Positions 26,292 through 34,755 of a DNA stretch of 64,000 nt are shown here, piece by piece (the stretch's first letter is position 1; each line of letters starts with the position of its first letter). A model generated the notes under the pieces. That model was not told where the DNA came from. It saw only the letters and a program-made list of their open reading frames with translations, and searched no databases. This DNA comes from Candidatus Caldarchaeales archaeon. Lineage in GTDB: Archaea; Thermoproteota; Nitrososphaeria_A; Caldarchaeales; Calditenuaceae. The position numbers and the translations under genes are program-made. The stretch lies in the NCBI GenBank assembly GCA_039630085.1, contig JBCNVM010000001.1, positions 30,768 to 94,767 on the forward strand. Direction: 5' to 3'.

Positions 26292-26777
26292 ACGTCTGCT
26301 ACTTCTGATCTCTTAAATTTAAGTTTGATGCGCGAGCATGTAAATTCATCCAATCTGATTTCCATATAACAACGTTATTAAGTGACCGTTGCGAATTAAG
26401 AGTCGCAGATCCCTTCGAAATCGAGGCTCGCGAGGGAGCAGTGGTCGCTCACGTCTCCCGATCCGAGCTGCCGTCGCGGCGATGGGGCCTCGGCGCGGTT
26501 CGGTCCCTTTCTTACGGCTAGCGGTCCGCTGACGTCACCGTCGACTTGAATGGGCTTCCTTCACCTCGCGCTTCCGCTCCCGGCCGAAAAGATCCGAGCT
26601 CCACGCTCGCGGCTCACCGTTCCAGACGCTGAATCCGGCCTCGCCGCGGCCGCACGATCGTCATCAGGAGCAGTCGACAGGACGCTCGCTGAGCCGGTAG
26701 GGACTTGACGCGCGGCTGCTCCAGGTCATCTCGAGCCGTTAGCGCTGGATGTCCCTCCGCTACGCGACCCGTTCAAC

Positions 26778-26785
26778 TTAATATA
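26778..26785 (+). promoter_or_regulatory. TATA box (TTAATATA) upstream of the hyper-acidic mini-ORF
   Basis: The only AT-rich octamer in a GC-rich stretch; centred ~26 nt upstream of the in-frame GTG at 26807. Confidence 0.45.
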
Positions 26786-26806
26786 CGGGGGTCTTGGGTA
26801 GCGGGT

Positions 26807-26929
26807 GTGCTGATCTCGAGGCGGTTTTCGGAAGAGGAAGAAGAGGAATGGGAGGAGTGGGAGGAAGAAGAGGACTTCGAGGAGGAGTGGGAGGAAGAGG
26901 AGTGGGAGGAGGAAGAGGAGGAGTTCTGA
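26807..26929 (+). CDS. candidate 40-aa hyper-acidic Trp/Phe-containing peptide
   Basis: My translation: MLISRRFSEEEEEEWEEWEEEEDFEEEWEEEEWEEEEEEF. GTG start at TATA+26 (leaderless geometry). Encoded by a ~100-nt polypurine tract. A TTATTTT stretch follows the stop. Confidence 0.35.
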   Translation: MLISRRFSEEEEEEWEEWEEEEDFEEEWEEEEWEEEEEEF

Positions 26930-26957
26930 GGACCTCCCAAGGACCTCTCGGACTCTG

Positions 26958-27248
26958 TTATTTTGATGCAGGCGGTTTCACGGCCTCGCCGTCAGCCTGT
27001 CTCTCCTCCAACACGATCGAAGTCTCGACTCCCTTCACGCCGGCGAGGTTCATCACGCGCATCCTGAGGAACCTGTGGAGCTCGTTGATGTCCCTCACCC
27101 TCACCATCGCGATGACGTCGTACTCGCCCGTCACGCTGAAAACCCTCGTCACGTGCGAGCAGGCGCAGAGGCTCGAGACGATCTCTCCGACGCGGTTCGG
27201 CTCAGCGCAAATGTGAACGAAGGCGACGATCGATTGCTTCTCGTCCAA
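26958..27248 (-). CDS. stand-alone Lrp/AsnC ligand-binding (RAM) domain protein
   Basis: 96 aa; AFVHI...V.S...V..V..VTGEYD.I..VRV.D...L..F......AGV..T.T..VL pattern of AsnC_trans_reg. No HTH domain. Confidence 0.75.
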   Translation of the reverse strand: MDEKQSIVAFVHICAEPNRVGEIVSSLCACSHVTRVFSVTGEYDVIAMVRVRDINELHRFLRMRVMNLAGVKGVETSIVLEERQADGEAVKPPASK

Positions 27249-27334
27249 CCCGCTCCCTTCAGGGTATCCCCGACCTAAAAATCATACTAGCGCAGAAGAA
27301 ACTATTTTTTATAGATAATATATGAAATCAAGGG

Positions 27335-28288
27335 TTGCCCCGGTTCCACGAGAGGAGGATCCAGCAGCTCAGGGGGAGCTCCTATGTGGTCACGCTACCG
27401 AAGGAGTGGGTCGAGGAGTCGGGGCTGAGGAAGGGCTCTGCCGTGACCGTGATCGTGGAGAGGGAGCTGCTGAGGATCGTCCCCGCGGGCAGGAGGACCT
27501 CGGTCCAGCTCTCTCTGGACGCGGACCTTCTCGGCGAGCTGGTGGAGGACGCGATGGTGGCCTGCTACGAGGCGGGAGTGTCCTCGGTCAGGGTCCAGAC
27601 GAGGCGCGGCAGGGCAGAGGAGCTGGTCGTGAGGTCGAGGAGGCTGAGGGAGAGGCTCCAGGGCTTGTTCGTGGCCCTCGAGTCGGAGGGCTCGATCGTC
27701 GTCGAGATCTCGGGCGACCCGTTCAGGTCGATCGAGCAGGCCCTTTCGGTATCGCTCCAGTCCCTCGTGAGGGCACTCAGGAGGGCCGAGTCCGACGTCG
27801 GCTCCGGTGGGACCCCGAGCCCCGAGCTCGAGGAGCTGCTCAAGGACTGCTTAGGCTACGCGTCCACCCTGAAGAGGATGGTCTCCCAGATGGTCGCGGT
27901 TCCGGACGAGCAGACCCCGTTCTACGCCGTGTCGGCGCTGACCGAGGCGGCCTCCGACTTGGCCGACCTCGTGAGGGAAATCGAGGAGGCCCTCGGCTCG
28001 GCCGGGGCCGGCGGGCAGGAGCTCCTCGCGATGGCCCATCTGGCCGACGCACTCGAGCAGCTGAGCGCACTGGTCGTTGAACTGAGGAACTCGGTCGTCG
28101 TCGACCAGCTCGCGGACCTAGCGAGGTCCCTGCAGGAGGCCAGGAGGAGGACGGGCGCTAGGTCGCTCTTCAGGCGCGCCGAGGACTTAGTGGGGTCCCT
28201 GATGCGGCTGAACGCGCTGGTCACGGTCGCTTCGGAAGGCAGAGCAGGTCCAGGGCTACATGGACGAGCCTGGCCGAGTACGACTTGA
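27335..28288 (+). CDS. AbrB/SpoVT-domain plus PhoU-like regulator
   Basis: 317 aa; N-terminal RGSSYVVTLPKEWVEESGLRKGSAV (SpoVT-AbrB) followed by helical PhoU-like repeats. A strong AT-rich TATA region lies at 27305-27323. The last ~22 codons overlap the convergent gene. Confidence 0.7.
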   Translation: MPRFHERRIQQLRGSSYVVTLPKEWVEESGLRKGSAVTVIVERELLRIVPAGRRTSVQLSLDADLLGELVEDAMVACYEAGVSSVRVQTRRGRAEELVVRSRRLRERLQGLFVALESEGSIVVEISGDPFRSIEQALSVSLQSLVRALRRAESDVGSGGTPSPELEELLKDCLGYASTLKRMVSQMVAVPDEQTPFYAVSALTEAASDLADLVREIEEALGSAGAGGQELLAMAHLADALEQLSALVVELRNSVVVDQLADLARSLQEARRRTGARSLFRRAEDLVGSLMRLNALVTVASEGRAGPGLHGRAWPSTT

Positions 28289-28997
28289 CCCGCGTGGCCC
28301 TGAGCAGCCTGACTTCGTAACCCCTCCCCCTCGCCGATTTGATGACCTCGGCGCAGTAGTCCTCCTCCGAGCCCCTCTGCACCAGGTCGTGCAGGTGAAT
28401 GACCCCTCCGCCGGGCCTCAGGGCCCTCAGCCCGGCCTCAAGGTAGCTGATCGTCCCGGGGAAGTAGCCCATCACGACCCTGTCGGCGATGCCCTCCAGC
28501 CCCTTCGTGACCTCCCTGCAGTCGCCTCGGTAGGTCCTGACCTTTCCCTCGAGCCCGTTCGCCCTCACGTTCCTTACTAGGTACTCGTAGGCCTCGGGGT
28601 TGAGCTCGATCGCGTGGACCGCCGCTGGCCTTCCGAGGGCCGCGATGGGCAGCGCGAACTGTCCTATCCCAGCGAAGGCGTCGACGACCACCTCCCACTC
28701 TCTAATCATCGCGGCGACCCTGAGCCTCTCGAACTTGTTTCCCAGAGAGAACATCATCCGCTCGACGTCAAGCTCGTAGGCGACTCCGTGCTCGACGTAC
28801 CTCGTGACGACGGGCCTCTCGCCGTAGAGGAGCCTTACCCTCGGGAGCCTCAGCTCGCCTCCCACACCTTCGTACGCCAACACGGCCCTCAGCCGGGGGT
28901 GCCTGTCGAGGAGGTACTCGACGACCTCCTCCGGGTCCTCGCCGCCCCTGAGCCTCACCAGCGCGACGTCGCCCACGAGCTTGTAGCGCGGCCTCAT
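28221..28997 (-). CDS. Met-10+/Trm5/Taw2-family tRNA methyltransferase
   Basis: 258 aa; ...ERMMFSLGNKFERLRVA...VVDAFAGIGQFALPIA... is characteristic of the Trm5/TYW2 class I SAM methyltransferase family. Confidence 0.8.
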   Translation of the reverse strand: MRPRYKLVGDVALVRLRGGEDPEEVVEYLLDRHPRLRAVLAYEGVGGELRLPRVRLLYGERPVVTRYVEHGVAYELDVERMMFSLGNKFERLRVAAMIREWEVVVDAFAGIGQFALPIAALGRPAAVHAIELNPEAYEYLVRNVRANGLEGKVRTYRGDCREVTKGLEGIADRVVMGYFPGTISYLEAGLRALRPGGGVIHLHDLVQRGSEEDYCAEVIKSARGRGYEVRLLRATRVKSYSARLVHVALDLLCLPKRP

Positions 28998-30157
28998 GCT
29001 CCCCGCAGCGCCCTCAGCCTCCCCACGACCTCGCCCCGGCCGTTGCGCTCAGCCGCGAGCTCCGCGTACCTCCGGATCGTGTTGAATTCGAGATCGAGGG
29101 CCCTCCTGACCGCCTCCCTCAGCGTCTCGGGCGAGAGCTCCACGAGGTCGAGGACGACTGCCGCGCCCCTCTCCGAGAGCGACTCGGCGTTCCCCAGCTG
29201 CTCCGAGTGGTTCGGAGTCGGCACCAGCACCAACCTGCACCCGAACGCGAGCGCCTTCGAGACGGTCGAGTGCCCGGCCCTCGAGATGACGACGTCGGCG
29301 GCCGCGATCGCGACGTTCTCGTCGGGAAGCCAGGAGACGAGGAGGTGCCTCCCGCGCCTCTCCCGACGGTCAGACCCGAGCTCCCCCAGCGAGAAGACGA
29401 GCTGGTACTCCGACAGGGCGTCGAGGGACCTGATCAGCCTCTCCCTGAGCGCCCTCCTCTCGGACTCGGGGCCCGTGTTCAATACCAGCACGAGGGGCTC
29501 GTCGGGACTGAAGCCCAGCGCCTCTTTGGCCTCCCTCCTCCCCGGGAGCTCGGAGGGGTACCTGTCGAGGACGGGGCCGACGTAGGCGACCTTATCCTGC
29601 TCCACCTCCCTGAAGAAGAGGTTCCTCCGAGAGATCGTGAGGGGCGGAGGGTAGTCGGCGATGAGCACCTCGTCGGCCAGCGACCAGACCCTAGCCACGA
29701 CGTCAGCGAAGGCGTTCGTCAAGGAGGACGCGGTCCGGTGCCTCTCGGACCGGACGACTACCCTGAACTGGTTGAGGAGGACCGCGACCGGAAGGCCCAT
29801 CGCCTTCGCAGCCAGGACGGTCGACCCCCTCGTCTCGGAGAGGACGACCTCGGCGCCGAACGCGTCCATGACCGCCATCTCCTGCACGACCTGCATCGCG
29901 ACCCTCAGGGGCAGCGCCGTACCCCTGATGAGGGACCACCTGACGCTGACGCCCCCGTCCGGGGACCTCCCGTAGTCGACCCGCTGCACGCCGACGACGT
30001 TTATGCCTCTCGACCTCAGGTAGCTGAGGCCCTCCGCGTAGCTGGTCGCGACGACCTCGTCGCCGCGCCTCGCGAGATCCTCGATCACGGCCTTCGCCCT
30101 CGCCGCGTGACCGAACCCTATCCCGCAGACGCCCACGTGGACCCTCAAACGCCGCAC
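28994..30157 (-). CDS. MurG/GT28-like (GT-B) glycosyltransferase
   Basis: 387 aa; N-terminal G-loop CGIGFGHAARA and C-terminal VISRAGHSTVSKALAFGCRLVLVPTPNHSEQLGNA (GT28 C-terminal motif). Confidence 0.75.
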   Translation of the reverse strand: MRRLRVHVGVCGIGFGHAARAKAVIEDLARRGDEVVATSYAEGLSYLRSRGINVVGVQRVDYGRSPDGGVSVRWSLIRGTALPLRVAMQVVQEMAVMDAFGAEVVLSETRGSTVLAAKAMGLPVAVLLNQFRVVVRSERHRTASSLTNAFADVVARVWSLADEVLIADYPPPLTISRRNLFFREVEQDKVAYVGPVLDRYPSELPGRREAKEALGFSPDEPLVLVLNTGPESERRALRERLIRSLDALSEYQLVFSLGELGSDRRERRGRHLLVSWLPDENVAIAAADVVISRAGHSTVSKALAFGCRLVLVPTPNHSEQLGNAESLSERGAAVVLDLVELSPETLREAVRRALDLEFNTIRRYAELAAERNGRGEVVGRLRALRGA

Positions 30158-30786
30158 CCGGCCCCCGTTGCCGGCCTGTCAAGCCTCAGCCTCCTCACCG
30201 GGCCCCGGGGACGCTCCTCGACGTAGAGCTCGGCCTCGAACCTGTAGACTCTTGACCCAGGGTGCAGGTATGTCGTGGGAGGGAGTCCCGCCTTGAGGCA
30301 GACGTTGACTAGGAACTCCTCTGCGTCCCACCCCTGCTCGACGGCAACTTGTGGCAGCAGGAGCCCCGAGGCCTCCTTCCACTCGATCAGGAGCCCGTGC
30401 CTCCCGACCTCGACCTCGTCCGGCATCCTCCTCCTGTCGTCGACCCTTATCTGCTCCAAGGGCGTGAGGACGCTGAGCTCGAGCACTGACCTGTCCAGCT
30501 CGTCGACCTCTAGGGGCGGGAAGCGGGGGTCGAGGAGGGCCGCGGCGATAGCCGCTCTAACGGTCAGCACTTCCAGCCTGTCGACCGGCCTGGGGTAGCC
30601 TATGCAGCCCCTCAGCGCCATCTCGGGGTACGTGTAGACCGTCACGAAGACCCCCCTCCTCACCTCCTCCGCGAAGACCTCTGGGATCTGGACCTCCTCT
30701 GGGTCCGCGCCCCTGAGGACCGACTCGATGGCGGCCCTAGCCGCTGAGATCAGCCTCGCGGCCGCCTCCTCGCCGATCTCGCCCAT
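30145..30786 (-). CDS. AMMECR1 domain protein
   Basis: 213 aa; RGVFVT...LRGCIGYP...DPRFPP...LE.SVL.P...GLLLPQVA motifs. Confidence 0.88.
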   Translation of the reverse strand: MGEIGEEAAARLISAARAAIESVLRGADPEEVQIPEVFAEEVRRGVFVTVYTYPEMALRGCIGYPRPVDRLEVLTVRAAIAAALLDPRFPPLEVDELDRSVLELSVLTPLEQIRVDDRRRMPDEVEVGRHGLLIEWKEASGLLLPQVAVEQGWDAEEFLVNVCLKAGLPPTTYLHPGSRVYRFEAELYVEERPRGPVRRLRLDRPATGAGCGV

Positions 30787-30818
30787 CGGGCCTCCGTCCG
30801 CCGCCGAGCCTTTTACCC

Positions 30819-31337
30819 TTAACCAGTCTCCGAAGCCCTAGTCCTCGAGGCGTCCCGCGACCTCTTGAGCGCGAGCCTCCTCGCGGACTCGAGCGTCCTC
30901 TCTATCCTCGGCCAGTGGCTCCCCTCCCAGTACCTCTGGCCGCAGCTCGCGCAGACGTAGTGGCGCCCGTCGCCCTCCTCGATCAGCTCGCCGTTGCAGA
31001 GCGAGCACCTCGTCGCCTCGGGCTCGAAGAACTCCTCGATGTCCAGCCCGAACTCCCTCGAGACCTCCTCCGCGATGGCCGCCAGCTGCCTCTCAACGTC
31101 CTCGAGGGGGACGAGGACGGACCTAACTCCCCTCTTGACCGCGAGCCTGTGAAGCTCCACGTCCGAAGTCACGAGGACCCTCCCGGAGCCCTCGGCCTCA
31201 AGGAGGAGCCGGTCGTCGTCGGACCTCGCGTAGACCGAGTCGTACCCGAGGAGCCTCAGCCATCTGGCGAGCTTGCCGTGCATCGAGTCCGCGATGAACT
31301 TGGGCCTCTCACCCGACCGTCTCCCTTCCGGACTCAA
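30819..31337 (-). CDS. Mut7-C RNase domain (DUF82) protein: PIN-like fold plus zinc ribbon
   Basis: 172 aa; FIADSMHGKLARWLRLLGYD...TSD..L, then RCSLCNG...CASCGQRYWEGSHW. Confidence 0.8.
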   Translation of the reverse strand: MSPEGRRSGERPKFIADSMHGKLARWLRLLGYDSVYARSDDDRLLLEAEGSGRVLVTSDVELHRLAVKRGVRSVLVPLEDVERQLAAIAEEVSREFGLDIEEFFEPEATRCSLCNGELIEEGDGRHYVCASCGQRYWEGSHWPRIERTLESARRLALKRSRDASRTRASETG

Positions 31338-31881
31338 GCCTGCACTCCTCGCAGAGGAAGTTGTCGTCGATCCGGAGCAGCATGTCGCTCCACTCGCCGC
31401 AGGAGTCGCAGTAGCCCTCGTAGTAGGGCTCGGGCCTCCTGGAAATCCCTCTGATCCTCAGCTGCTCCTTGACGATCTCGATGATGTCCGGCGTGAACTT
31501 CAGGATGTCCTTCATGCTGATGATCCCCGCTATCCTGCCCCTGTACGCGACGACCAGCCTGCTCACGTTGAGCTTGTTCATCGTCCTCAGGGCCTCCTCT
31601 ATCGTCTCCTCCGGGCTGACGGTGATTATGGGGCTCGACATCACGTCCCTCAGTTTGACCCCGCTGGGCTTGAGGTCCCTCGCAACAACCTTCTCTACGA
31701 GGTCCCTCTTCGTGACGATCCCGACCGGCGCGTTCCCCCTCATTACCAGCACGCTGCTGATCCTGTACTTGGCCATCTGCTGCGCCGCTTCCGCGGCCGT
31801 CGCCTCCTCGCTGAGCTCGATGACCGGACTCGACATCACGTCCCTGACCAGTATCTCGCCTGTCAGCGGCGTCTCCTTCAA
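31309..31881 (-). CDS. CBS-pair protein with a C-terminal zinc ribbon
   Basis: 190 aa; two CBS repeats (VRDVMSSPVIEL.. and LRDVMSSPIITV..) followed by CDSCGEWS...FLCEEC. TTG start with its own TTTATT box ~30 nt upstream. Confidence 0.8.
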   Translation of the reverse strand: MKETPLTGEILVRDVMSSPVIELSEEATAAEAAQQMAKYRISSVLVMRGNAPVGIVTKRDLVEKVVARDLKPSGVKLRDVMSSPIITVSPEETIEEALRTMNKLNVSRLVVAYRGRIAGIISMKDILKFTPDIIEIVKEQLRIRGISRRPEPYYEGYCDSCGEWSDMLLRIDDNFLCEECRLESGRETVG

Positions 31882-31947
31882 CCCGACCGTACAGGGAGTC
31901 CGGTGTCAATAAACTTTGGCTCACTCGAGCGTCCTCGAGGAACCCGC

Positions 31948-33222
31948 TCACTCGAACTCCTTCTGCGGGTTGATCCGGCTGAAGAGGGCCCTAAGCCTCC
32001 TGAGGTCGATCCCTTTCCTCAGCAGCTCGGCCTCCACCTCCTCCACGAACTCCCTGCTCAGCGCCCTCGGGAACGAGACCAGCTCGTCGACCAAGTCGAG
32101 CGCCAAGGGCAGCCCCGTAGCGGGGTTGAAGGTCTCGAGGGCATACGTGATCGCGAGGTCCTTCAGGTCTCTCGGAGCGGTCCTCGGGAGCTCGATGCAG
32201 ACCGGCGGCTGGGACTCCACGGTCCTCACGAAGACCCTCTCCGTAGAGCCTATGAGCCTCACCAGCTGCTCTCGCCTCTCCGCGCGCCCCTCCTTGACCC
32301 TTTCGGGTATGAGGTCCGACTCGAGCTGGACCCTGAACCGCCTCTCCGCGATCGCCAGGTCCCTCTTCAGTGCCTCCCCGTGGGCCTCGCCGCTCCGCTC
32401 GTCGAGCATGCTCCTGAGCAGGGAGTAGACCTCGTGAGGCCGGTCGAAGACCGAGGAGTACTCGACAACGTCGCCGGGAGAGGTGACCAGCATGAGGATC
32501 GACCTGTCCGTGAGCCCCAACATCCTGTCGGGCCCGAACCTGTAGCCCACGTATCCGTCGAGCGCGGAGGTCGCGATCCTCTTCACGACACCGAGGGCCC
32601 TACCGGACCCGATCAGCTCCTCCGTCATCCCGACCAGCTCGTCAATAAGCTCGTGGACGAACCAGAACCGCCTGTGGGTGAAGGGGTCCAGCCAGTCGAG
32701 CCTCTGCTCCTTCACCCTACTACATCCGGCCCTGAACCCGAAGAAGCTCCCATCTAAGACCACGTAGTCCGCCCTCTCGAGGGCCCTGAGCGCCATCCTC
32801 CTCTCGAGGTATACGGTCACGAGGTCCAGCTTCTTCAGGAACTCCTCCCTGCTGTCGTCGGACCGACCCCTCAGCGCCTCGCCCACGAAGTACTCGCCGT
32901 CCTCGAGAGCCTCCATCCCGCGGAAGAGCTTAGAGCCCGCCGCCGAGAGGCCGTACTTCAGCCCGATCCTCTCGTCGATCGAGGGGCTGTCGGATCCGTC
33001 CACGACTGCGAAGACCGAGTCCCTCCACTCGACCCTGCGCGGCCCGCGCTTGGCGCCGCCGACGACCTCCTCGAAAGGCTCCAAGAACCGAGGGTCGAGG
33101 GACCTGATCGCCTGCAGGATGCGCGCGGCCTCCTCCCTCGCCAACTCGTAGAACCTCTCCTGAAGCGGCCTCGGGATCCTCAGGACCGCGGGTATCTCCT
33201 CAGGCTCCACGCGCACGCTCAT
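31948..33222 (-). CDS. nurA: NurA-family 5'-3' nuclease
   Basis: 424 aa; NurA hallmarks FAVVDGS, YVVLDGSFFG, GVVKRIATS. It overlaps the herA 3' end by 23 nt. Confidence 0.8.
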   Translation of the reverse strand: MSVRVEPEEIPAVLRIPRPLQERFYELAREEAARILQAIRSLDPRFLEPFEEVVGGAKRGPRRVEWRDSVFAVVDGSDSPSIDERIGLKYGLSAAGSKLFRGMEALEDGEYFVGEALRGRSDDSREEFLKKLDLVTVYLERRMALRALERADYVVLDGSFFGFRAGCSRVKEQRLDWLDPFTHRRFWFVHELIDELVGMTEELIGSGRALGVVKRIATSALDGYVGYRFGPDRMLGLTDRSILMLVTSPGDVVEYSSVFDRPHEVYSLLRSMLDERSGEAHGEALKRDLAIAERRFRVQLESDLIPERVKEGRAERREQLVRLIGSTERVFVRTVESQPPVCIELPRTAPRDLKDLAITYALETFNPATGLPLALDLVDELVSFPRALSREFVEEVEAELLRKGIDLRRLRALFSRINPQKEFE

Positions 33223-34699
33223 CCTCCGGTATCTCGAAGGTGATCAGCAGCGGCACCGGGGACGGGTTGAGCTTCCCGATCAGGAAGAAGTGGCCCTCGG
33301 GAAGCCTCAGGAGCTGGTCGCTGGAGACGTAAGAGGTCGCGAAGTACTTCTCCGCCTCCGGCGCGTCGAGCGGGTGTATCCTACCTACGAAGAGGGTGTT
33401 CAGGTTCCTCCGGACGGCCGCGTTTATCCCGATCTCTCCAGCGATGCCCTGTGAGATCAGCGTCAGGGCGAGCTTGTAGGACCTCCCCAGCGCGGCGAGC
33501 TCCGTCAGCGTCTTCGTGGTCCTCTCCTCGAGCCCCTTCGGCTGCCAGGGGCAGTACTGGGGAGCCTCGTCGATCACCAGCGCCACGTTGAGCTTCTGCT
33601 TATTCTCCATCATCCTCTTCAGGTACCTCGCGATCGAGAGGAAGACGCTCAGCTTCTGCTCCTTCGCGCCGTAGCTCAGGTCCAGGACCAGCAGGTGCTC
33701 CCTCCTGAGCCTCTCCATGATCTCGCTCGGCTTCATCTTCCCCATCACGGGCTTCAGGTGCTGCGGGTCGAGGTTGTTGAAGGCCCTCCTCGCCTTCCTG
33801 AGGTAGGTGACTCCCCACTTTGATACCTTCCCGCCCTGCTCCAGGTTGTCCTCCGTGATCACCTGCTCCATGCCCTCCAGTAGTCTCTCCTTCGTCTCGA
33901 GTTCGTCCTCGCCCTTCCAATCGTAGGTCGCTATCACCTCCCCGAGGTAGAGCTCGAGCCGCTTCCCGATGTCGCCGCCCCCGAAGTAGTTCAGCGCAGA
34001 CGTCAGGTAGTCAACGATCGCCTCGTCGTCTAGCTCGACGTCTCCCATGTTCAGGACCTTCTCGGGGTAATGGGGCGCGTAATCGGAGCCCTTCCAGTCG
34101 AGGATCAGGACGTCGTAGCCGTTCCTGAGCAGCATCGGCACGACCTGGTGCCTGCAGAGGAAGGACTTCCCCGACCCCGTGACCCCGAAGATCCCGATAT
34201 GTGAGGAGATGTACTCCGCCTGGACCGGGACCTCCCACGTCCTGTACCCGGTCGCGTAGTAGCCGAGCCGCTGCTCCGAAGAGGAGAGGAACCTCATCGG
34301 GTTGAACCTCTCGTTGAACCGGTAGACCTTCGAGCCCGGCGCTATGATAGTCGCGTTCTGCACGATCTTCCCGCTGGTCACGTCCCCGATCGCCACCAGC
34401 CTGAAGGCGTAGTACTCCTTCGCGGTGCTTGTCGTTCCTCCCCTCCTGGCGTAGGCGATCCCCGGCGTGTACCCGGAGGTCCTGAGCGAGTCGTTGACCC
34501 CGAAACCGCCCCTGCACACCGCGAGGACCCTGTTGCCGTTCCTGTTGTCGATGAGGACCAGCGACTCGTTCGTCACGACCTTCTCCATTCCCTCGTAGAG
34601 GACGACCAGGCTCTCGTTCTCCTTAGAACCGCTCGCGACGACTCCGATCTCCTCGAGGCTCCCGGTCAGCCTCTCGAGGTCCAAGGTCTCCTGCTCCAT
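33200..34699 (-). CDS. herA: HerA-type hexameric ATPase/helicase (HAS-barrel plus FtsK/HerA P-loop)
   Basis: 499 aa; N-terminal barrel (VASGS...VLAVCRG), Walker A GVTGSGKS, Walker B ALVIDEAPQY. Confidence 0.85.
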   Translation of the reverse strand: MEQETLDLERLTGSLEEIGVVASGSKENESLVVLYEGMEKVVTNESLVLIDNRNGNRVLAVCRGGFGVNDSLRTSGYTPGIAYARRGGTTSTAKEYYAFRLVAIGDVTSGKIVQNATIIAPGSKVYRFNERFNPMRFLSSSEQRLGYYATGYRTWEVPVQAEYISSHIGIFGVTGSGKSFLCRHQVVPMLLRNGYDVLILDWKGSDYAPHYPEKVLNMGDVELDDEAIVDYLTSALNYFGGGDIGKRLELYLGEVIATYDWKGEDELETKERLLEGMEQVITEDNLEQGGKVSKWGVTYLRKARRAFNNLDPQHLKPVMGKMKPSEIMERLRREHLLVLDLSYGAKEQKLSVFLSIARYLKRMMENKQKLNVALVIDEAPQYCPWQPKGLEERTTKTLTELAALGRSYKLALTLISQGIAGEIGINAAVRRNLNTLFVGRIHPLDAPEAEKYFATSYVSSDQLLRLPEGHFFLIGKLNPSPVPLLITFEIPEDERARGA

Positions 34700-34741
34700 C
34701 CTCCCCGGACAGGTCGCGAACCGATAATAAGCTTAGATCCG

Positions 34742-34755
34742 GTCGGATATCCGAC
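34742..34755. promoter_or_regulatory. perfect 14-bp palindrome GTCGGATATCCGAC between the divergent herA and lysK/argE promoters
   Basis: Read directly. It is flanked by TATA-like boxes at ~34721-34732 (herA side) and ~34769-34779 (lysK side), each ~28 nt from its start codon. Confidence 0.55.

Noticed and set aside
26705-26806. Long form (74 aa) of the acidic ORF starting at 26705, and the overlapping 140-aa ORF at 26794-27216.
   Set aside because: The upstream part is S/R/A/C-rich and precedes the only TATA box. The 140-aa ORF is Gly/Arg-rich and antisense to the Lrp-RAM gene.
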